DNA of 64,000 nt from a virus: IMG/VR virus record IMGVR_UViG_3300042892_002669, positions 13,106 to 77,105 of that record. One strand, given 5' to 3'. Made by a program: the position numbers and the translations under genes. Positions 57,609 through 64,000 of the stretch are shown here, piece by piece. Numbering within the stretch: position 1 is the first letter of the stretch; every line of letters begins with the position of its first letter. Under the pieces are notes generated by a model, which searched no databases, was not told where the DNA came from, and saw only the letters and a list, made by a program, of their open reading frames with translations.

Positions 57609-57802
57609 ATCTTGGCTACTTGCAGCATTGTCAGATTACTATGATTGCCACAAAGACGTATACTGTGCGTACCCAATGACACATCAATCCACGCAGTTGT
57701 TTCATTTTTAGCATTGTCGCCAAGTGATATATTATAGATGATCCCAGCGAGATCGCCAGCTGCTGAATTCCAAGTGATTTTATTGCCCACTTTCAGTTCC
57801 AT
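57605..57802 (-). CDS. Small early hypothetical protein
   Basis: ATG 57802 (MELKVGNKITW) with AAGGGG RBS. Confidence 0.65.
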   Translation of the reverse strand: MELKVGNKITWNSAAGDLAGIIYNISLGDNAKNETTAWIDVSLGTHSIRLCGNHSNLTMLQVAKI

Positions 57803-57833
57803 TTGTATCCCCTTTTCATCAGTGTATGTGACT

Positions 57834-57862
57834 ATTATAGACCCAAACTGATTTAGTGTCAA
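57834..57862 (-). promoter_or_regulatory. sigma70-type early promoter
   Basis: TTGACACTAAAT...TATAAT, 17-bp spacer. Confidence 0.8.
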
Positions 57863-58003
57863 CTGTACTGTGTTGCTAAAAAACAACAAAAATTGGGGCT
57901 AAATTGTTGTAAAAACAGCAACATTTGTGTGCCTTTTCCCTGAGAGCGACCAAAACAAGATATAATTCTATTAGAATAAATACTTGATGATAAGGAAATA
58001 CAC

Positions 58004-61000
58004 ATGAGTTGGCCACAAAACCCCACAAACGGACAGCAAGTACAGATCAATGGATTTATATACGCATTCAACACCAGCAATAATACCTGGGATAGACTGG
58101 GAGGATTTGGTGTAAACCCCGTTACTGAATCGGTAGTGTCAGATGTTATACAAGCCAAAGACCTTACGGTCACCCGATCTGCTGATTTGGGCAGTGTAAC
58201 TGACATAACTATAGCAGGCGGCACCAGTGGATACGTGATGACCACCGACGGTACAGGCAATTTAACTTGGGAGCCGCAACTTACTGTTACTCCTGCTGGC
58301 AACGTCAATGAAGTACAATTTAACAGTGGCGTATTTGACGGCAGCGAAAAATTAACATTTGATCCCATTACTGGTACATTGACTACCATCAACATCGCCG
58401 GTAACTTAACAACCGCAGCTCAAACAAATATTACCAGTGTTGGTGCACTCACCAGCTTGGCAGTCAGCGGTGATATCAATGCGGGCAATGTGATTGCCAC
58501 TAACTTTGTGGGTAACGTAACTGGTATATTGTCTGCTCCTGGTGCGAACACACAAGTGCTATTTAATAACCAGGGCAACGTGGGCGCCAGCACCAACTTG
58601 ACATTCGACGGTACCCTGTTGAATGTAACCGGTAACATAGGGGCGACCAAAGTAACTGCCACTACGCTGGGAGGCACTCTTGCCACCGCCCTTCAAACCA
58701 ATATAACACAGGTGGGCACACTCACTGGACTAACTGCAACTGGTGATATAACCGCTCCTAAATTTTTAGGCAATGTAGTAGGTGGAACCATCAAGGGCAG
58801 TTTGGAGGCGCCAGGTGGTGCTCCCAATGACGGGCAGATAACCTATAATGATCAGGGAACCATATCATCCAGCAGTGCTCTTACCTTTGTTAACGGTGTA
58901 CTCGCAGTTACTGGCAACCTGTCATCAGGCAATGCCAATTTGGGCAATTTAACTAAATCCAATTTCTTCACAGGCGTGTTGACAGCCGCGGCAGCAGAAC
59001 AACCCAACATAACCAGTGTTGGTACATTAACCAGTCTTGCAGTCACAGGTAACATCTCGTCAGGCAATGCCAATCTGGGCAATTTAACTAAATCCAATTT
59101 CTTCACAGGCGTGTTGACCAGCGTTGCCAGTGCTCAGCCCAACATTACCAGTGTGGGTTCATTGACAAGTTTAACTGTCATTGGTAATATCACACCAGGA
59201 AACATCGACACTACTGGTAGTATAACCGGCGTGGATGTGACCTATACCACATTAAATGCGCCAGCCACCACTGCAGCCAATGCAGTGATATATAAAAACA
59301 CCAGTGGTAGATTAGTGGGCAGTGCCAGTTTAACATATGACGGCAGCATGTTGACTGCTACAGGCAATATCGCTGCAGGCAATATCGACGGTGGCAACTT
59401 AACAAAATCCAACTTCCTGCAGGGTGTACTCACTGCCACATCAAGTGCGCAGCCCAATATTACCAGTGTTGGTCAATTGACTGGACTAACTGTAGTCGGG
59501 GAAATCACTGCTACCACAGTCAGTGGAAAACTTGTTGCAGCGGGCAGTACCAATGAGCTATTGTTTAACAAAGAAGGCATAGTCAATGCATCAAGCAATC
59601 TAAGCTTCAATGATACACTATTAACCCCACTACTGGCTGTTATTGGAAATATTGAATCAGGCAATGCCAATTTGGGCAATCTGGCAATTGCCAATTATGT
59701 TGCTGGTGTACTGACTACTCCCGGGCAGCCAAATATTACCAGCACAGGTACATTAACTGGGTTGACAGTAGATGGCGATATTACAATACGTAATAGTAGC
59801 ATTACAGTAGATGACAATACATTCATCACAGGTAACTTAGTGCCAGTTACAACAATTACATACGATATCGATGGCACCACTGTGCTAGAAGCCAATACTC
59901 CAACATATGACTTGGGGTCAGAACAACACAGATGGCGTGATTTGTATCTGTCCGGCAGCACCATCAAGCTGGGTATTGTATCACTAACATCATCTACTAC
60001 TGGACTTACCACTAATATAACAACTATAGCCCCTGATGGAAGTGCTAGTACTGCGCCTGCTGTTATCTCTGGGGCACAGTTGACTTCTACCACCACTGCT
60101 GCGGGGGTGGCACCTTTCGTAGTATATAGCAGTGCAATGGTTGCTAACTTGAACGTAGAGTTCTTACAGGGATACAAGCCTAACACAGCCAACCTGCCCA
60201 ACACAATTGCACTAAGAGATCAATTTAACAATTTCAGTGCAAACACCATCACTGCCAACTTGTACGGAAATGCCACTACTGCAGGCACAGTTGTTACTCC
60301 AGCGCAACCCAACATAACCAGTGTGGGCTTGCTTACCAGCTTGGATGTGCAGAACGATTTAACTGCAAACAACATCAGTGTTAGCTATGCAGTGGCTGCA
60401 GCAACCATTGAAGCTGACGGATACATGCTGGGCAACGTCACTGGTGCTAATGTTACCGGACAAGTGCCCAATGCACTGGTATCTGGCACAGTATACACAG
60501 CAGCGCAGCCTGCTATTACAAGTGTTGGTACATTAACTGGATTAGCAGTTAGTGGCGATGTGGGCGTGACCGGCAATGCCACTATTACTGGTAACTTGAC
60601 GGTAAGTGGCACTACAATCACTGCCAATGTTACAACTATTGTAATTAAAGATCCAATTATTGAGCAGGGTGGCAATCTTGCTGTTGGTGGGGTATTGACT
60701 ACGAACGACCTCAAAGACAGAGGAACAATATTACACTACTACGATAGCAATCCAGTGCTGCCGGCAGTCAGTGCAGCAAAAGATGCATTCATGGGTTGGG
60801 ATAACAGCAATGCAGAATTTGCATTTGGCAGCAATGTCAGTGTCACTGGAGAAATAGTAACCTTTAATCAATTTGGTAACATCAGAGCCAATTATTTTAT
60901 AGGTGATGGTAGTCAGTTGATAAATGTACCGCAAATATCAAGTACTGGCAGTAACGTGATAACTACGCTCAATGGTAACGTTAATATTAGCGCAGGCGAA

Positions 61001-62905
61001 AACCCCAATGTTCTAGTGGTAACTGGAACTGGTGCCAACATCACAGGCACTGCCAATATCACAGGCACTGCCAATGTGGGTAACTTGGGCACCACTGGCG
61101 CAGTAACTGCAAGTAGATTAGTCAGTACAGTGGCTATTGGTACAGCTCCATTTACTGTGACAAGTACCAGTCAAGTTGGAAATTTGTATGTTGCACGTGC
61201 TAATGTAGCTGAACTTGCGAACGTGGTTCCTTCAGCAGCAACAGGCACTTTCTATCCAATATTGGCAAGTGGCAGCACTACAGCAAATTATGCGCACACC
61301 AGTAACACGAACTTATCATTCAATGCAGCGACCGGTGCATTAACTGCAACTACATTGGTGAGTACAGTAGCACAAGGAACAGCTCCATTTACTGTGACAA
61401 GTACAACACCAGTTGCCAACTTGACATCAGCCGCCATAGCCAATGGAACCGGTAATGTAAGTATTCCAGTTAGTGGAAATGTCAACATATCTGCTGCAGG
61501 CACTGCCAATGTATTAGTAGTAGCCAGTACCAGTGTTAATGTTTCAGGAACCGTAAATGCAACACAGTTAGTGGGCAATGGTATAGGAATAACTTACATA
61601 GCCGGAGGCAACGTAACTGGTGCTGTAGCCAGTGCAACAAGCGCAACAAGTGCGACCAATGCAGCAGCTTTATTGACTACATTGACCTCAACTGGCATTG
61701 CTTACCTGCCATTTATAAGTGCTACGGCAACTGGCAACTATGCGCATCTATCCAACGCCGGGTTCTCGGCTAACTTGGCTAATGGAGCCATAATTGCCAC
61801 CACATTCGTTGGTGCTCTAAGTGGGGCAGCTACTAGTGCAACTACTGCCGGCACGGTAACCACTGCAGCTCAAACAAATATTACCAGTGTTGGTACACTA
61901 ACTGCATTAGGTGTCACTGGCGCAGTAACTGCAAGTAGATTAGTCAGTACAGTAGCTACTGGCACTGCCCCGTTTACCGTGGCAAGTACTACTCAAGTAG
62001 CTAACTTGGCAGCAGCTACTGCAGGCAGTGCGACCAATGCAGGTACTGTAACGACTGCAGCACAACCCAATATTACAAGTGTTGGTACATTAATTTCTCT
62101 GACTAGTACTGGCACCGCATCCGTAAGTAGATTAATCAGTACAGTGGCTGATGGCACTGCCCCGTTTATAGTAACAAGTACTACACGAGTTGCCAACTTG
62201 GAAGCAGATACAGCAGGTAGTGCGACCAATGCAGGCACAGTAACTGCCGCAGCACAACCCAATATTACAAGTGTTGGTACATTAATTTCTCTGACTAGTA
62301 CTGGCACCGCATCAGTAAGTAGATTAATCAGTACAGTGGCCACTGGTACAGCTCCGTTTATAGTAACAAGTACTACACCAGTAGCCAACTTGGAAGTAGA
62401 TAAGGCAGGAACAGTAACCACAGCAGCGCAGCCTGCTATTACTAGCGTTGGTTCACTCACTGGATTAACTGTTACTGGTAATGCTATTTTCAGTGGCGGA
62501 TATACTTCAGTTAAATCTTTACTGGAGGCGGCTACGATTACGGCGACGGCGCCCACAACCACCACAGCGTTTGATGTACTGACGCAGGGTGTTCGGTATT
62601 ATACTTCCGCTACCACCACTGCATTTACTCTTAATGTTAGGGGGAGTAGCTCAGTGTCTCTTAACACTATGTTAAGCACAAGTCAGTCCGTATCAATTGG
62701 CTTGCTGGTTAATTGTAGCGCAACCACACATTATATGAGCGCAGTGCAGATTGACGGAGCAACTATAACTCCTAAATGGCAAGGAGGCACTGCACCAACT
62801 GCAGGTTCAGGATCAGGCGCAATTGATGTGTACACTCTGACCATTATTAAAACTGCGGCAACACCAACCTACACAGTGCTAGCGTCAACCACTAAATTTG
62901 CTTAA
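58004..62905 (+). CDS. Large tail fibre/virion fibre protein (1633 aa), paralogue of 17046-21947
   Basis: MSWP.NPTNGQ N-terminus; many QPNITSVG repeats; C-terminal KW.GGTAPT...DVYT..IIKT domain. Confidence 0.82.
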   Translation: MSWPQNPTNGQQVQINGFIYAFNTSNNTWDRLGGFGVNPVTESVVSDVIQAKDLTVTRSADLGSVTDITIAGGTSGYVMTTDGTGNLTWEPQLTVTPAGNVNEVQFNSGVFDGSEKLTFDPITGTLTTINIAGNLTTAAQTNITSVGALTSLAVSGDINAGNVIATNFVGNVTGILSAPGANTQVLFNNQGNVGASTNLTFDGTLLNVTGNIGATKVTATTLGGTLATALQTNITQVGTLTGLTATGDITAPKFLGNVVGGTIKGSLEAPGGAPNDGQITYNDQGTISSSSALTFVNGVLAVTGNLSSGNANLGNLTKSNFFTGVLTAAAAEQPNITSVGTLTSLAVTGNISSGNANLGNLTKSNFFTGVLTSVASAQPNITSVGSLTSLTVIGNITPGNIDTTGSITGVDVTYTTLNAPATTAANAVIYKNTSGRLVGSASLTYDGSMLTATGNIAAGNIDGGNLTKSNFLQGVLTATSSAQPNITSVGQLTGLTVVGEITATTVSGKLVAAGSTNELLFNKEGIVNASSNLSFNDTLLTPLLAVIGNIESGNANLGNLAIANYVAGVLTTPGQPNITSTGTLTGLTVDGDITIRNSSITVDDNTFITGNLVPVTTITYDIDGTTVLEANTPTYDLGSEQHRWRDLYLSGSTIKLGIVSLTSSTTGLTTNITTIAPDGSASTAPAVISGAQLTSTTTAAGVAPFVVYSSAMVANLNVEFLQGYKPNTANLPNTIALRDQFNNFSANTITANLYGNATTAGTVVTPAQPNITSVGLLTSLDVQNDLTANNISVSYAVAAATIEADGYMLGNVTGANVTGQVPNALVSGTVYTAAQPAITSVGTLTGLAVSGDVGVTGNATITGNLTVSGTTITANVTTIVIKDPIIEQGGNLAVGGVLTTNDLKDRGTILHYYDSNPVLPAVSAAKDAFMGWDNSNAEFAFGSNVSVTGEIVTFNQFGNIRANYFIGDGSQLINVPQISSTGSNVITTLNGNVNISAGENPNVLVVTGTGANITGTANITGTANVGNLGTTGAVTASRLVSTVAIGTAPFTVTSTSQVGNLYVARANVAELANVVPSAATGTFYPILASGSTTANYAHTSNTNLSFNAATGALTATTLVSTVAQGTAPFTVTSTTPVANLTSAAIANGTGNVSIPVSGNVNISAAGTANVLVVASTSVNVSGTVNATQLVGNGIGITYIAGGNVTGAVASATSATSATNAAALLTTLTSTGIAYLPFISATATGNYAHLSNAGFSANLANGAIIATTFVGALSGAATSATTAGTVTTAAQTNITSVGTLTALGVTGAVTASRLVSTVATGTAPFTVASTTQVANLAAATAGSATNAGTVTTAAQPNITSVGTLISLTSTGTASVSRLISTVADGTAPFIVTSTTRVANLEADTAGSATNAGTVTAAAQPNITSVGTLISLTSTGTASVSRLISTVATGTAPFIVTSTTPVANLEVDKAGTVTTAAQPAITSVGSLTGLTVTGNAIFSGGYTSVKSLLEAATITATAPTTTTAFDVLTQGVRYYTSATTTAFTLNVRGSSSVSLNTMLSTSQSVSIGLLVNCSATTHYMSAVQIDGATITPKWQGGTAPTAGSGSGAIDVYTLTIIKTAATPTYTVLASTTKFA
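58925..59118 (+). repeat. Intragenic duplication with a 135-bp (45-aa) period
   Basis: TCAGGCAATGCCAAT(T/C)TGGGCAATTTAACTAAATCCAATTTCTTCACAGGCGTGTTGAC at 58925 and 59060. Confidence 0.85.
61990..62400 (+). repeat. Near-identical intragenic tandem duplication with a 192-bp (64-aa) period
   Basis: GCAGCACAACCCAATATTACAAGTGTTGGTACATTAATTTCTCTGACTAGTACTGGCACCGCATC at 62057 and 62249. Confidence 0.88.
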
Positions 62906-62914
62906 GGATAAATT

Positions 62915-64000
62915 ATGCCAGTTATAGGATCACTAGGAGGCGCATCTCTTAAATCATTTGGCTTCACTGTGGGGAAGGGAGGCAGAGTGCCCAACACGCC
63001 CACCATAGGAACAGTAACCAGAACAAGCGGATCTATCAGTATTCCTTTCACCCCCGGTGCCGCTATTTCTGGAGCTGCAGTGACCAGTTATACGGCAACC
63101 TCATTTCCTGGTAATGTTACATTTACCGGAGCCAGTTCTCCTATCACAGCGACTGGATTAACCTTGGGCACATCATATACTTTTACAGTGTATGCAACTA
63201 ATATATACGGCAATAGTCCCACAAGTGCTGCAAGTAACAGTGTAACATATGCTCAAGTGCCAGGCGCTCCTACGATAGGAACTGCAACTGCAACAGGTTA
63301 TTCATCAGCAACTGTCGCGTACACCGCTCCTGCCAGTAACGGAGAAACTATTACCTCGTATACTGCTGTATCAACTCCTGGCAGTTTTTCAGGCTCTGCA
63401 TCAAGTGGGACTATTACAGTTAGTGGATTGTCACCCGGTACCGCGTACACATTTAAGGTCTATGCCACCAATGCCATGGGTAGTGGTCCATCAAGTGCGG
63501 CAAGTAACAGTATAACGACTTCGGCGGCGCCAGCAATTACTATGCCAAACAATACCACCACTATAAAAATAGCAAAATCTGTAGCTATACCTTCAGGAGC
63601 TGTGGCATTAAGTTGGACAGGTGGGGTAGCACCGTTCACGATCACGACCTACACCAGCCCAGCTGGTGTGGCAGTATCAGCTACTGACGGGAACCCATAC
63701 AGCACATCAGTTAGTTTAACCGGTACGGCCACCACAGAAAGCGCATATTCTTTTGGCGCGTATAGTGTAGCTACTTGGTCAGTTACAATACAAGATAGTT
63801 TAGGCACGAGCCGTACTGCAACTTATACTACATCAGTTTCATACGCGCCAGGGCAAGTAGAATTCTATAATGGCGGTCAAAAATTCTGGACCGTTCCAAC
63901 TGGAATCACCAGTGCATCCGCAGTTGTAATTGGGGGTGGTGGGGGTGGGGGTGGTGCTTACACCTATGCTACCAGTGTCGTTGACGTGGCGTACTCAGCA
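62915..64000 (+). CDS. Fibronectin type III repeat virion protein, partial
   Basis: Not in track (no stop in window). MPVIGSLGGASLKSFG, then two FN3 units (P.APTIGT...TSYT...GL..GT.YTF.VYATN..G..P.SAASNS) and a Gly-rich region at the window end. Confidence 0.85.
   Translation, partial: MPVIGSLGGASLKSFGFTVGKGGRVPNTPTIGTVTRTSGSISIPFTPGAAISGAAVTSYTATSFPGNVTFTGASSPITATGLTLGTSYTFTVYATNIYGNSPTSAASNSVTYAQVPGAPTIGTATATGYSSATVAYTAPASNGETITSYTAVSTPGSFSGSASSGTITVSGLSPGTAYTFKVYATNAMGSGPSSAASNSITTSAAPAITMPNNTTTIKIAKSVAIPSGAVALSWTGGVAPFTITTYTSPAGVAVSATDGNPYSTSVSLTGTATTESAYSFGAYSVATWSVTIQDSLGTSRTATYTTSVSYAPGQVEFYNGGQKFWTVPTGITSASAVVIGGGGGGGGAYTYATSVVDVAYSA

Noticed and set aside
17046-62905. Invertible segment or DGR between the two oppositely oriented fibre genes
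   Set aside because: Shared modules differ heavily at silent sites and not in an adenine-specific way; no invertase or reverse transcriptase in the window
63930-63956. G-rich run as a G-quadruplex or regulatory repeat
   Set aside because: Explained by a poly-Gly coding stretch (VIGGGGGGGGA) in the FN3 protein
1-64000. Alternative genetic code, tRNA/rRNA genes, introns or inteins
   Set aside because: Core genes are full length in the standard code, intergenic gaps are short with no cloverleaf seen, and terminase, helicases, UvsX and thyA have roughly normal sizes

Overview
This window is a 64 kb piece of a large, distantly T4-like myovirus (contractile tail, probably a jumbo or near-jumbo phage) read in the standard code. 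The spanin pair and ErpA/IscA gene point to a Gram-negative, probably proteobacterial, host. It holds (i) morphogenesis genes: small and large terminase, gp4-like head completion nuclease, tube, an enlarged sheath, gp13/14/15-like neck proteins, a gp9/10-like baseplate protein, two paralogous 1633-aa fibre proteins and an FN3 protein; (ii) a T4-like replication/recombination block (gp41 helicase, gp61 primase, gp62-like, UvsW, UvsY, UvsX, gp32) containing a 189-aa miniature DnaE-type polymerase core next to a stand-alone 3'-5' exonuclease; (iii) nucleotide and auxiliary genes (dNMP kinase, MazG, Nudix, thyA, DHFR, ErpA, 2OG-Fe(II) oxygenase, methyltransferase); (iv) spanins next to a secreted non-specific nuclease; (v) a MoxR AAA/VWA-peptidase pair and small early genes. 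Two promoter classes are visible: T4-late-like (G/C/A/T)ATAAATA, and sigma70 promoters, six of which share an extended TTGACAGTAAAT -35. The most unusual signal is an in-frame array of unrelated 156-216 bp cassettes separated by a DNA-conserved 15-bp repeat encoding GVAEG inside a probable head protein (42087-44363); this may be a shuffled, protease-processed polyprotein cargo system. Family assignments come from motif recognition by eye; no database search was run.
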